Assembly (NCBI GenBank): GCA_029557395.1
Contig: JAKQIK010000045.1
Span: 1-52,649 of the forward strand
Length of the DNA: 52,649 nt
Reading direction: 5' to 3'
DNA from: a bacterium
Lineage (GTDB): Bacteria > Patescibacteriota > Saccharimonadia > Saccharimonadales > JACDBH01
Part shown: one piece after another, positions 36,920-46,188 of the stretch
Position numbering within the stretch: position 1 is the stretch's first letter
Layout: each line of letters opens with the position of its first letter
Notes under the pieces: generated by a model
What the model was told of the DNA's origin: nothing
Databases searched by the model: none
Seen by the model: the letters and a program-made list of their open reading frames with translations, nothing else
Translations under genes and position numbers: made by a program

Positions 36920-38377
36920 GTGTCAAACGAGGGGAAAAATGAGAATGTAAATCAAGGTCAGACAAAATATGATCTTGATTTAGATGCCCCCACAGAAAAG
37001 AAAACTGAAGTAGAGCCTAAAACTGTTGAGCTAACTGTTGTTAAGCGAGCGCGTGAACAAGCAACAAAACAGCAAAAAGACGTCCAGGAAACTCTGAATG
37101 AACGCCTGAGAACTAGTGGAGCTTTTGCAGCCGTAGTTAAAGTTAATTCGGTTCAGGGTAGCCTTGCAAAAGCACTTGGCTTTCAAAGTAACATAAATCA
37201 GGTCTTTAAGAGTGTTGGCGCGGCATTTCAAGCTACGCAACCCGCTCTTCAACTCGCTCAACAAATGGCAGAGGCTCACAAGAGTATTACTAGGACAATG
37301 CAGCCGATGCTTGAAACAATGCGACGGCTTGGTGAGAAGATCCAAAAAATGTTCGAGGCACTGAGAAAATCTCTTCCCTCCTTCTCTAGCATCTTCAAAA
37401 AAATTGGGTCAGGGATTACCAGCCGTATCGCCCCATTAGTACAGACAGTTATCTCAAAGTTTGCCAATTTTAAACCGCCGCCAATCACCAACTTCCTAAA
37501 ACAATGCGTCGAGCAGATCAGCAAATTCACACGTACAGTTTTTGGTCATATTGACTTCGGCAAGATATTCCAGCCTCTTGCTGACTTTTTTAAGCTACTC
37601 TCAAAAAGCAACTTCTATCTAGTCGTAAAAGCGTCTGAAGGCGACTCCATAGCGTCATATCAATTAGCTAAGATGTGGTGGAAGCTTGGACGTGAATATT
37701 ATAGGCTTGAACGATTACAGGGTCGTGAGCCAACCGAGGATGAGTTCGAGCATATTATTCAAACTACTTGCCTAGAGATTTTAAGAGAAAATGAACACAA
37801 AAGTATGGGTTGGGGATTAAAAGCAGCTCAGACGGTCTTTTATAGTCTGGTGCATCACTTAATGGCACAGTACATCCTCATTAACGACAATAAAGCTGCA
37901 TCCGAATGGGTTGAATTTAACGTCTATATTGATGAGAAGAATAACAAAGAATATCTGTTCCTGGGTACTATTGCTCGGCAAGTTGGCATATCTGACCAGA
38001 CACTGCGAAACTGGATTAGGTCCGGTGAATTAGAAGTCATTAAAACTTCGTTCTACTCGAAACTACGCAGCTCAAAAGCAACTGCATTTCTTATTCCATA
38101 TCGAGAAGGAATAGTTACTGAATTGAATAAAATAAAAGCTGAGAAACAGATGGCACAACGCCATCAGAGAGATGATCTTTATACCGTATCTCAAGTTGCT
38201 AATGTTATAGGAGTTAGCACCAAAACACTTAAGCGATGGGATGCAAGAGGCATTTTAGTACCTAGGCGCATAAAAACAATCCGTTATTATACTACTGAGC
38301 AAGTAAAGACCATCCCTACCATCCTGGAACAAAATAATAGCCCGAGAACTATTGAACTGAGACAACGCTTCGCGTAG
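36920..38377 (+). CDS. hypothetical protein: amphipathic helical N-terminus plus two MerR/Xis-like HTH domains
   Basis: IARQVGISDQTLRNWIRSG and YTVSQVANVIGVSTKTLKRWDARG...RYYT. Confidence 0.75.
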   Translation: MSNEGKNENVNQGQTKYDLDLDAPTEKKTEVEPKTVELTVVKRAREQATKQQKDVQETLNERLRTSGAFAAVVKVNSVQGSLAKALGFQSNINQVFKSVGAAFQATQPALQLAQQMAEAHKSITRTMQPMLETMRRLGEKIQKMFEALRKSLPSFSSIFKKIGSGITSRIAPLVQTVISKFANFKPPPITNFLKQCVEQISKFTRTVFGHIDFGKIFQPLADFFKLLSKSNFYLVVKASEGDSIASYQLAKMWWKLGREYYRLERLQGREPTEDEFEHIIQTTCLEILRENEHKSMGWGLKAAQTVFYSLVHHLMAQYILINDNKAASEWVEFNVYIDEKNNKEYLFLGTIARQVGISDQTLRNWIRSGELEVIKTSFYSKLRSSKATAFLIPYREGIVTELNKIKAEKQMAQRHQRDDLYTVSQVANVIGVSTKTLKRWDARGILVPRRIKTIRYYTTEQVKTIPTILEQNNSPRTIELRQRFA

Positions 38378-38398
38378 TTAACTTTTTTATTACCACAT

Positions 38399-38460
38399 AA
38401 GCCCGGAGCACCGGGCTTTTTAAGTTACCCCTGTTAATCCCAATGTCCTGGGCTTTTTTG
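38399..38460 (+). terminator. intrinsic terminator followed by a second weaker hairpin
   Basis: AAGCCCGG-agca-CCGGGCTT-TTT, then CCCA...TGGG-CTTTTTT. Confidence 0.7.
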
Positions 38461-38495
38461 GCTTATTACAAGTGAAAACACTATGGAGAAATTAA

Positions 38496-38738
38496 ATGAA
38501 CGATGACGATCAATACTTTGAGACAACAGACCTTGGGCTGAGTACCACCATTGTAACACTTGGCTTTCGCCTTCACTCCCTAGACAGAAGTAACCCAAGC
38601 AGGGTGAAGTTTGTCTTTCGCAGAGAAGACAAGCTAGAAGATATCGTAAGAGCCTACTGGCAGAAGGAATTATCCGTTGAACCACTCGGCTACTTTAACA
38701 ACGTCAAGTTAATGAAGAACAGGATTTATTCGAGGTAA
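38496..38738 (+). CDS. small DUF5659-like protein
   Basis: FETTDLGL...LGFRL...DR...RVKFVF...YW pattern, typical of mobile-element replication modules (family recalled, not searched). Confidence 0.65.
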   Translation: MNDDDQYFETTDLGLSTTIVTLGFRLHSLDRSNPSRVKFVFRREDKLEDIVRAYWQKELSVEPLGYFNNVKLMKNRIYSR

Positions 38739-38743
38739 CGACT

Positions 38744-40120
38744 ATGACAATGAAGCAAAATGATAATGAAAATGAAGAACAACAAAAAACTGTAGAGACG
38801 GTTAACCTTGATAGCGCACCACGTATTCTAGCGGTCCCAACACCAGATAAAACCGTCTCGTTCAGTGAATGGCGAGGCGTTATAAATGACAACTTCCCCG
38901 ATCTGCTATTTGCTGCTGAAATTGGCTTGTCGATTATCGCACAGATACTCATAAAAGATGTTACAAATCCCTTTGCTCTGGTGCTAGTTGATGTCCCCTC
39001 GGCAGGTAAAACCATCACTATCAACTTTTTTTCGGAGATCGAGGGGCTTACCTACGCAACAGATAAATTTACGCCTGCGTCGTTTGTTTCAAATGCTGCC
39101 AATGTCAAAAAAGAAAAGCTAAGAGAAGTCGATTTACTGCCACGACTACAATACAAACTGTTCCTTATCAGAGACTTGGCGACACTATTTTCAAAGCGTG
39201 ACGACGACTTAAATGAGTGTCTAGGAATTTTAACTCGCGTGCTTGACGGCGAAGGCTTCAACACCGATAGCGGCATTCACGGACAGCGTCAATATGTTGG
39301 CGAGTATCTCTTTATGGTTCTGGCAGCTTCTACCCCCATTCCACCTCGGGTATGGAAAATGATGGGCAACCTTGGGTCAAGGCTGTTCTTCCTTAATATG
39401 AACTCCAAAGACAAGTCTGAGGACGAACTTGCCGAACAGCTTGGCTCTACAGCCTATAAGACCAAAGAAAAAGCCTGTAAAACCGTTACTAAACAGCTAC
39501 TTGAAACGCTCTGGTCTAAATACCCAGAGGGTCTGGATTGGGATAACACCCAGGATGAGCGCGATCTGAAGCTTATCATTGCGCGTTGCGCTCGTCTCCT
39601 AGCTTGTCTGCGAGGTGTTATTAACCTTTGGAAAGATCGGGGTGAAGATGGCACAGAGTACAGCTATACTACGCCAACCGTTGAAAAGCCGGACCGTATT
39701 AACCAACTTTTTTACAACCTATGCCGAGGACACGCTTTGGTTAACGGAAGAACACAGCTAACAAGAGATGATGTGCGCCTAGCAATCGAGCTAGCCATAG
39801 ATAGCGCTCCTACAGTCAGAACTCGCCTTTTCCGGGCATTACTCGAACTAGGCGGTGAAATCTGCACTACGGCAGTAGAGGCGATCCTTAACTGCTCTAA
39901 GCCGACTGCATTAAAAGAAATGGAGTCACTCAAAATACTTGGTCTTTGCACTATCAGCCAAGAGAGCCAAGGACGAGTTGGCGAACCTGAAAAGATTATG
40001 AAATTGGACAGTAGTTTTGATTGGTTTCTGAGTGATGAATGTAAGGCAATCCGCAACTCAGATGCTCCAACAACCAATAAAGAAAATCTGACGTTGTGGA
40101 AGGAGGAAGCTATGACCTGA
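38744..40120 (+). CDS. P-loop NTPase (AAA+/helicase-like) with C-terminal winged HTH; candidate replication protein
   Basis: Walker A-like DVPSAGKT, LIRD Walker B-like, VLDG, SRL; C-terminal SKPTALKEMESL. Confidence 0.65.
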   Translation: MTMKQNDNENEEQQKTVETVNLDSAPRILAVPTPDKTVSFSEWRGVINDNFPDLLFAAEIGLSIIAQILIKDVTNPFALVLVDVPSAGKTITINFFSEIEGLTYATDKFTPASFVSNAANVKKEKLREVDLLPRLQYKLFLIRDLATLFSKRDDDLNECLGILTRVLDGEGFNTDSGIHGQRQYVGEYLFMVLAASTPIPPRVWKMMGNLGSRLFFLNMNSKDKSEDELAEQLGSTAYKTKEKACKTVTKQLLETLWSKYPEGLDWDNTQDERDLKLIIARCARLLACLRGVINLWKDRGEDGTEYSYTTPTVEKPDRINQLFYNLCRGHALVNGRTQLTRDDVRLAIELAIDSAPTVRTRLFRALLELGGEICTTAVEAILNCSKPTALKEMESLKILGLCTISQESQGRVGEPEKIMKLDSSFDWFLSDECKAIRNSDAPTTNKENLTLWKEEAMT

Positions 40121-40163
40121 TAAGCCAATCCCTAAACAAGCTATATAGATTAAATGAGGAGAA

Positions 40164-40373
40164 ATGATTATGGATACTAAATGTAAAGGAATAGATACTT
40201 ACGGTGATTTTTGTGAAGCACTACATAAAGCAGTTTTCGGTGACAAATGCGTATTCTGCCCAAAGAAACGTTATAGCAAGAAAACTGTCTGTAAAACGTG
40301 CTATGACAGCTGTCCGAATAAAAAGCCTGTCTACGACGAAGTTGCCGTTCGCGTCAAAATTCGGAGGAGTTAA
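40164..40373 (+). CDS. small Cys-rich hypothetical protein
   Basis: GAGGAG SD; CVFC and CKTC pairs. Confidence 0.6.
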   Translation: MIMDTKCKGIDTYGDFCEALHKAVFGDKCVFCPKKRYSKKTVCKTCYDSCPNKKPVYDEVAVRVKIRRS

Positions 40374-40376
40374 GTT

Positions 40377-40751
40377 ATGAGCCACGACGCAATAGATCAG
40401 GCTATAGATATCTTAGAAAAGAACAGCGAAGCTTCAGATAGAAACCAAGGTCAACGGCGCGGGAAATACTATGACGACGAGAAGGATCAGCCACAACACT
40501 TCTCTTGGGTTCATATAGACGTAGAAGCCCCTAACTGCTGTACGGATACTTCAAGCTGCATTATGTACGGTGATGCCGAGGAAATGCAGCAACAGTTCTT
40601 AGACTATGCACGTCATATGGTTACACCGGATCTGCTACAGATGATAAGGGATAGAAAACTTGTGCATATCACGCTTCGCATTGGACCGCGATCATTAAGT
40701 GGTGTTGACCTGAATGATGACTACGGGATCGAGGTGAAATATGAGCAATAA
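40377..40751 (+). CDS. hypothetical protein
   Basis: GGAGGAG SD; tightly packed operon. Confidence 0.65.
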   Translation: MSHDAIDQAIDILEKNSEASDRNQGQRRGKYYDDEKDQPQHFSWVHIDVEAPNCCTDTSSCIMYGDAEEMQQQFLDYARHMVTPDLLQMIRDRKLVHITLRIGPRSLSGVDLNDDYGIEVKYEQ

Positions 40752-41388
40752 CAAACCGAGTAAAAAGAACGGCAAGAAATTAGCTAAAGAGTTCACTCCC
40801 GATGAAGTTAAGCGGATGCTCAAAAATGTTGAAATTGAGATTGACCCCGCTGCCCTACTGAAAAAATCAGCTGATATGTGGAACGAGTACGAAGCAAGTA
40901 GTCCAGCTAAGAAAAAGGCATTGGTTGACGATCTTAACAAGAAGCTAGAGCAAGCTTCAGCTATAGTCACACTGGAAAACCACTACCTTTTAGCCGAGAC
41001 ACTTGATAGCAAAAAGTACAGAACCTTCTTAATCGAAGTTACCGATCAGCTCATAGCAGAATATGAATGTAAGACCACTTCAGAGAAGATGTTGGCGCAA
41101 ACAGCCGGTTGGGCGTATTGCCGGATGATCGAGTATGGTTACAAGCTCAATTCGATTACTAGAATAGACTTTCTAAGTAGCGAGAAGAATGGTTACTACT
41201 CTGTGCTGAGCAAGGAAGTAGACAGATGCGCCAGGCAGTACTTATCGGCTATTAATACCCTTAAGCACTTCAAGCAACCAGCATTAAAGGTGTCTTTTAA
41301 AGCTAACAATGCCTTCGTAGCCCAGAACCAACAAATCAACTCAAAGACTAAAGATAAGTCCGAGGCACAAAACAATGTCGGGCAATGA
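40741..41388 (+). CDS. hypothetical helical protein
   Basis: GAGGTG SD; C-terminal NAFVAQNQQIN tail; overlaps both neighbours. Confidence 0.72.
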   Translation: MSNNKPSKKNGKKLAKEFTPDEVKRMLKNVEIEIDPAALLKKSADMWNEYEASSPAKKKALVDDLNKKLEQASAIVTLENHYLLAETLDSKKYRTFLIEVTDQLIAEYECKTTSEKMLAQTAGWAYCRMIEYGYKLNSITRIDFLSSEKNGYYSVLSKEVDRCARQYLSAINTLKHFKQPALKVSFKANNAFVAQNQQINSKTKDKSEAQNNVGQ

Positions 41389-41710
41389 TTACGGAAACTC
41401 TCCAGCAAGTGACACCGTCAACTCAATTAGCGTTGATGAGGTTGTAAAGTCGCTTCGCACACAGTTTGAAGAAAGTCTTATCCAGGAGCCGGTTTACATC
41501 GGTGATATGCAAGTTAACTTAGTAACAACTTCTACTGGACACGGCGGACAACGGTACTGGTTTATTTGCCCCGCCTGTAAGACCCGTGTTGCAAAACTGT
41601 ACGTACAGGTGTCACTAATAGCCTGTAGGCATTGTCACGGTCTCAAGTATCGATCCAGCCGCTATAAGGGTATGGTCGAAGAACAAATTTTTAAGAAGGA
41701 GCAGTCGTAG
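41375..41710 (+). CDS. Zn-finger protein
   Basis: GGQRYWFICPAC...KLY...CRHCHGLKY. Confidence 0.75.
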   Translation: MSGNDYGNSPASDTVNSISVDEVVKSLRTQFEESLIQEPVYIGDMQVNLVTTSTGHGGQRYWFICPACKTRVAKLYVQVSLIACRHCHGLKYRSSRYKGMVEEQIFKKEQS

Positions 41711-41713
41711 GTT

Positions 41714-41833
41714 ATGCCGCGCAAAGTTGTTAAACCAGTGATCAAGTACCAGCTTAGTCCAGATGCCCCTGCGGATGCAGTTGATGAGGTATTTGATTAC
41801 TTGCTTGATATGTTCTTTGCGCAACAAACATAA
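41714..41833 (+). CDS. putative 39-aa protein (not in ORF track)
   Basis: ATG 3 nt after the previous stop; MPRKVVKPVIKYQLSPDAPADAVDEVFDYLLDMFFAQQT*. Confidence 0.45.
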   Translation: MPRKVVKPVIKYQLSPDAPADAVDEVFDYLLDMFFAQQT

Positions 41834-41891
41834 CCGTAGTATTATTATTTATAATGGTTTATAATTATTTATAGTAACGAAAGGATCAACT

Positions 41892-42071
41892 ATGGAAAAG
41901 TATCTAACTGTTACAGAGGTTGCTGAGCGTTTACAGGTTCATTGGCAAAGCGTTCTTACCTATATAAAAAATGGCGAATTAGAGGCAGTAAAACTTGGTC
42001 GCGGATATCGAATAGGCGAGCAAGCTATTGGGGAGTTCATTAAAAAACGCACAACAAAAAGGAAAGATTAA
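41892..42071 (+). CDS. excisionase-like HTH protein, 59 aa (not in ORF track)
   Basis: MEKYLTVTEVAERLQVHWQSVLTYIKNGELEAVKLGRGYRI; AAGGA SD; stop abuts the integrase ATG. Confidence 0.88.
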   Translation: MEKYLTVTEVAERLQVHWQSVLTYIKNGELEAVKLGRGYRIGEQAIGEFIKKRTTKRKD

Positions 42072-43748
42072 ATGAAACGATCTGCACTCTACGCCAGGGT
42101 TAGCACAGATAACCAAAAGGACGAACAAACCATTGAAACCCAACTTCACGAAATCCGTGAGGCTATCAAAGCAGACGGCTGCGTGCTTATTGAGGATTGT
42201 GTTTATAAAGATGAGGGTTGGTCTGGTGCATTTCTTGAACGCCCTGCCCTAGATCAACTACGACAAGATGCCAAGCTAAATAAGTTTGATATTGTTTACG
42301 TTTTTGACCGCGGTCGACTTTCCAGGAAGTTTGTATATCAAGAAATTGTCATAGAGGAGCTAGGACACTCAGGAGTTGAGTTCAAAAGCCTTCACGATGT
42401 AAATGGCACGACCCCTGAAGAGCAGCTTATGGGTAGTGTTATGGGTGTCTTCCACGAATATGAGCGAGTTAAAATTGCTGAACGGTTTCGACTTGGTAAG
42501 TTGAATAAGGTACGTGGTGGAAACCTTCTTGGCTACAATCCGCCTTACGGATATAACTATATCCCTGTTAAAGGCAAGGGCGTAAACAAACAAAACGGCT
42601 ATTTTGAGATTAACGAACAAGAAGCAAAAGTAGTTCGAATGATGTTTGAATGGGTAGGCATAGAGGGCATATCGCTGCGTGAAGTTATACGACGCTTATA
42701 TGAGTTAGAAATTCCACCAAAGAAGGGTAAACGAGCATCTTGGACCAAAGGACCGGTGAGCAGACTGCTAACTAATGAAACTTATGTTGGTCGACATTAT
42801 TACTACAAATTAGAAGCAGTGCTTCCTCAAAACCCCCAAGCAAAATCAACCCAGAAATATAAACACCGGCACACCAACAAAACCAGCCGTAATGTTAGAG
42901 ATAAAGAAGAATGGCTTATGGTAAAAGTGCCTGTAATAGTTGACGAGGCATTATTTGATAAAGTCCAAAAACAAATTAAGTTGAATGCAAAATTTGCTCA
43001 ACGTAACAAGCGACACAAATACCTCTTTGGCGGGCTTGTATGGTGTCCTTGTGGTGCTAAGCGTGTTGGCGATGGTCCTGATGGCAAGAAGTACTATCGC
43101 TGCACTGACAGGCTTCACAACTTCCCCTTGCCTACTGTTTGTAAAGAAGCTGGGGTTAATGTAACCGTACTTGATGCCACAGGTTGGGAGAAAATTTGTG
43201 ATCTCTTAACTAATCCCGATCTTATTAAGCAACAAGTTCAGCGATACGCTGACAAGAAAATTGATAAGGCTAAAGAGAATGCTAGCAGTAACGACGTTAA
43301 GCAAAATCTCAAAATGCTAGAAGAGGAAGAGCGCCGATACGCAAAAATGTACGGACAAACGCTAATGAGCGAGGAGGTTTATCAAGAACAGATAAAAAGT
43401 GTCCGTAAACGTCGTGAGGAGCTGTTAAAGCTACAATCAGAGCCTGTTGAGAATCAATTAAGCCAACTCCAGAATATGGACCTAGATCACCTAGCAAAAG
43501 GCTTCAACGAGTTTATGGCTAAACTTCCCTTTGAGGGTAAGCTTTTTACTGTTCGTAAGATAGTTGATAAAGTGATAGCAACAAAAGAAGAAGTTACCAT
43601 ATCGGGCTTTATACCTACTATGGAGAGTATCACTTCGGGAAAGGAAAGATTTCGTGCTGAAGATAGCGATTATTGGAACTCTAACATACCTAATGAAGGT
43701 GGAAAGGTAGGATTGCGTGCTATCAATCGGTATTGTTGGTCTACCTAA
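42072..43748 (+). CDS. large serine recombinase, the element's integrase (reads through attR)
   Basis: YARVST, DRGRLSR, PPYGY, CPCG...YYRC...C, coiled coil. The last codons (NRYCW) are the att core. Confidence 0.95.
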   Translation: MKRSALYARVSTDNQKDEQTIETQLHEIREAIKADGCVLIEDCVYKDEGWSGAFLERPALDQLRQDAKLNKFDIVYVFDRGRLSRKFVYQEIVIEELGHSGVEFKSLHDVNGTTPEEQLMGSVMGVFHEYERVKIAERFRLGKLNKVRGGNLLGYNPPYGYNYIPVKGKGVNKQNGYFEINEQEAKVVRMMFEWVGIEGISLREVIRRLYELEIPPKKGKRASWTKGPVSRLLTNETYVGRHYYYKLEAVLPQNPQAKSTQKYKHRHTNKTSRNVRDKEEWLMVKVPVIVDEALFDKVQKQIKLNAKFAQRNKRHKYLFGGLVWCPCGAKRVGDGPDGKKYYRCTDRLHNFPLPTVCKEAGVNVTVLDATGWEKICDLLTNPDLIKQQVQRYADKKIDKAKENASSNDVKQNLKMLEEEERRYAKMYGQTLMSEEVYQEQIKSVRKRREELLKLQSEPVENQLSQLQNMDLDHLAKGFNEFMAKLPFEGKLFTVRKIVDKVIATKEEVTISGFIPTMESITSGKERFRAEDSDYWNSNIPNEGGKVGLRAINRYCWST

Positions 43749-43754
43749 TGTAGG
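43638..43754 (+). repeat. 63-bp-period degenerate tandem copy of the att region within the integrase 3' end
   Basis: GGAAAGGAAAGATTTCGTGCTGAAGATAGCGATTATTGG...TACCTAATGAAGGT versus GGAAAGGTAGGATTGCGTGCTATCAATCGGTATTGTTGG..TACCTAATGTAGGT. Confidence 0.7.
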
Positions 43755-44814
43755 TAAATCTACTTTGTTTAACTCCCTGACGAATAGTAATATCTTGGCA
43801 GCAAATTATCCTTTTGCGACTATCGAACCAAACACTGGTATCGTACCCATACCCGACCAACGCCTAGATAAGCTTGCCGAACTATATAGTAGCAAGAAAA
43901 TCGTACCCGCCACTGTTACATTTGTCGATATCGCCGGGCTAGTAGCCGGAGCCAGCAAAGGTGAAGGACTAGGAAACCAGTTTTTGGCGAATATCAGAAC
44001 TTGCAGTGCAATTGCTCATGTTGTTCGTGCTTTTGATGACAGCAATGTACAGCATGTCGACGAAAAATTTAGTCCTAGCAAGGATATCGAGGTCATAAAT
44101 ACCGAACTAATACTGGCCGATCTTCAAACAGTTGAAAAAAAACTCCCCAAGCTACAAAAAGAGTCAAAAGCTAACCCAAAAATTAGACCCCTACTAGAAA
44201 CCCTGGAGCAAATAAAATCTGTACTCGATAGCGGTACGCCTCTCGCAAACTCTGATTTAATCAGCCAAATCAAAGAAGATGAAACTAAGTCTGAACTACT
44301 TAGAGATTTACAATTATTAACCGCAAAGCCTGTGATTTATGTATTTAATGTAGATGAATCTGGACTAACTGACTCAACCAAGCAACAAATGTTAACAGAA
44401 TCGGTACTGCCACAAAAGTCAGTATTTATTTGTGCGAAGCTCGAGAGCGAGCTCCGTACGCTGGACGAAAAAGACCGAACTGAACTACTAGACAGTTATG
44501 GCCAGAAAGAACCCGGGCTAGATAAGCTAATCCACGAGGCCTACAGCACGCTTGGCCTACAGAGCTACATGACAGCCGGCCAACAAGAAGTCAGGGCCTG
44601 GACAATCAAACAAGGTTCCACCGCTCCACAGGCGGCTGGTGTTATTCACGGCGATTTTGAGCGTGGCTTTATTGCAGCGCAGGTTATTGATTATCATGAT
44701 CTAATAGATGCTGGCTCTGAACAAATCGCCAAACAACAAGGCAAGATTCGTACTGAGGGCAAAAGTTACATCATGAAACCAAACGATGTAGTCGAATTTA
44801 GATTCAATGTCTAA
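43717..44814 (+). CDS. ychF: redox-regulated ATPase YchF (start supplied by the element)
   Basis: GIVGLPNVGKST, ANYPFATIEPN, DIAGL, GEGLGNQFL, FNVDE, TGS domain. GTG start with GGAAAGGTAGGA upstream. Confidence 0.96.
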   Translation: MLSIGIVGLPNVGKSTLFNSLTNSNILAANYPFATIEPNTGIVPIPDQRLDKLAELYSSKKIVPATVTFVDIAGLVAGASKGEGLGNQFLANIRTCSAIAHVVRAFDDSNVQHVDEKFSPSKDIEVINTELILADLQTVEKKLPKLQKESKANPKIRPLLETLEQIKSVLDSGTPLANSDLISQIKEDETKSELLRDLQLLTAKPVIYVFNVDESGLTDSTKQQMLTESVLPQKSVFICAKLESELRTLDEKDRTELLDSYGQKEPGLDKLIHEAYSTLGLQSYMTAGQQEVRAWTIKQGSTAPQAAGVIHGDFERGFIAAQVIDYHDLIDAGSEQIAKQQGKIRTEGKSYIMKPNDVVEFRFNV

Positions 44815-44876
44815 TCTATCTACTGAATACGATTGCTTTGTCTTAGTATATACTTTGAATTATAATTGTTAATCAA

Positions 44877-45497
44877 ATGGAACAAGAAAACCAAGACCTC
44901 AAAAAAATATTTCAGGCAATCTTGCCAACCAAGGCAGAAATTATTGTCTTAATCATTTTTAGTTTGGGCTTTTTGTTACTTGTCACTGGTCTTGACTATT
45001 TTAAGGCAGTAGACAGTAGTGGGTTTGAGACAGCGGCCCACAATATAGAAATAACTGTCAGAATTGGACTAACGTACCTAGATAGGTATATCGGCGTAGG
45101 TCCTTTAACATTAGTTTTTTGGATGTTAGTAGGCACGATAGTATATTCGATTATTTGGGTGATTGCTTCGACCTACAGCACATACAAAGATGATGTGCCC
45201 ACCACCAAAGGGTTCATAATGCCCCGAGGTTACAAAAAATCACAAGCCATACACGAAGCTATCGCAAAAATATCTATGCGTACAGCTTCTGTCATAATGC
45301 TAATTTTTTGGCTTTACATCCTATTGACCAAAACTGTCCCTTATACCATAGAGCTCTTTACTAGTGTCAGTCTCGACAACATACCAATCACAATACTTCA
45401 CACTGCAACATCAGTAATATTACTAGCATCTTCGATATTTGTAGTTTTTATCCTATCTCGATTCTCACTGCTGAGGCCTAGAATTTTTTACAAATAG
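44877..45497 (+). CDS. hypothetical membrane protein (4 TM)
   Basis: Four hydrophobic segments. Confidence 0.75.
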   Translation: MEQENQDLKKIFQAILPTKAEIIVLIIFSLGFLLLVTGLDYFKAVDSSGFETAAHNIEITVRIGLTYLDRYIGVGPLTLVFWMLVGTIVYSIIWVIASTYSTYKDDVPTTKGFIMPRGYKKSQAIHEAIAKISMRTASVIMLIFWLYILLTKTVPYTIELFTSVSLDNIPITILHTATSVILLASSIFVVFILSRFSLLRPRIFYK

Positions 45498-45499
45498 TT

Positions 45500-46036
45500 T
45501 TAGTTACCATAAAATCTCGGGAGTCTACGGCGCATAGCAAATGGGGTTTTTATGTGTTCATTGGTAATCCTATGTTCTATTTCACTGACGTTAGACTCAC
45601 TACCGCCTGCCTGAGGTTTAGCTATTTGTTGCGCTAAGATACTTTGTCGCCGAAATTCCAAAATTCTCCTCTGAATATAAGCTGTCGCCTGTCTAAGCTG
45701 GACGGTACTTAAACATGTAAACCTCATTTTTTTGGAAATCGTATGTATCTTGACCGATGAATCGAACAGTCTGGCATCAAAATCTATTTCGGATATCATG
45801 TCATAATTGATATCCTCAAGAGTTAAATAGAGTGGCTTCTTGTCAATGAGTAGCACCCTATGATCGGTCACGCACAACAAAGCAAAGCCATTTTCATAAT
45901 GACCATTTACACAGTACATAATCGTCTCGCCAGGCTCAATAACCTGTTCGAGCTCTTTTATCTCCGCTCTCCCCCACCAACCAAGCCTAAACCCAATAGC
46001 CTTTAGCTGGCGCTCTACCTCATGATTAGTTATCAT
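45500..46036 (-). CDS. bacterial PH-domain protein (YokE-like)
   Basis: GETI...LLCVTDHRVLLIDKK...INYDMISEI. GAGGGGAG SD before ATG 46036. Confidence 0.78.
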   Translation of the reverse strand: MITNHEVERQLKAIGFRLGWWGRAEIKELEQVIEPGETIMYCVNGHYENGFALLCVTDHRVLLIDKKPLYLTLEDINYDMISEIDFDARLFDSSVKIHTISKKMRFTCLSTVQLRQATAYIQRRILEFRRQSILAQQIAKPQAGGSESNVSEIEHRITNEHIKTPFAMRRRLPRFYGN

Positions 46037-46188
46037 GGCTCTCCCCTCCTTCACACCCCTTAGTGTACCTATCACTTTACTCTTAGGCGCACCTGTTTGC
46101 AGTGTCTTTTATCACCTCAACTTTGTGATATATATCAATGATTAATAAAAATATTTGAAATTTTCTAAATTTACGTCATAATATATCC

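Larger units (their letters stand above)
25585..43739. mobile_element. ~18.2-kb serine-recombinase integrative element inserted in the 5' end of ychF
   Basis: Perfect 15-bp direct repeat AATCGGTATTGTTGG at 25585-25599 and 43725-43739; terminal Xis-like HTH plus large serine recombinase; split ychF; accessory cargo. Confidence 0.93.

Noticed and set aside
25585..43739. Prophage
   Set aside because: No recognisable terminase, portal, capsid, tail or lysis genes.
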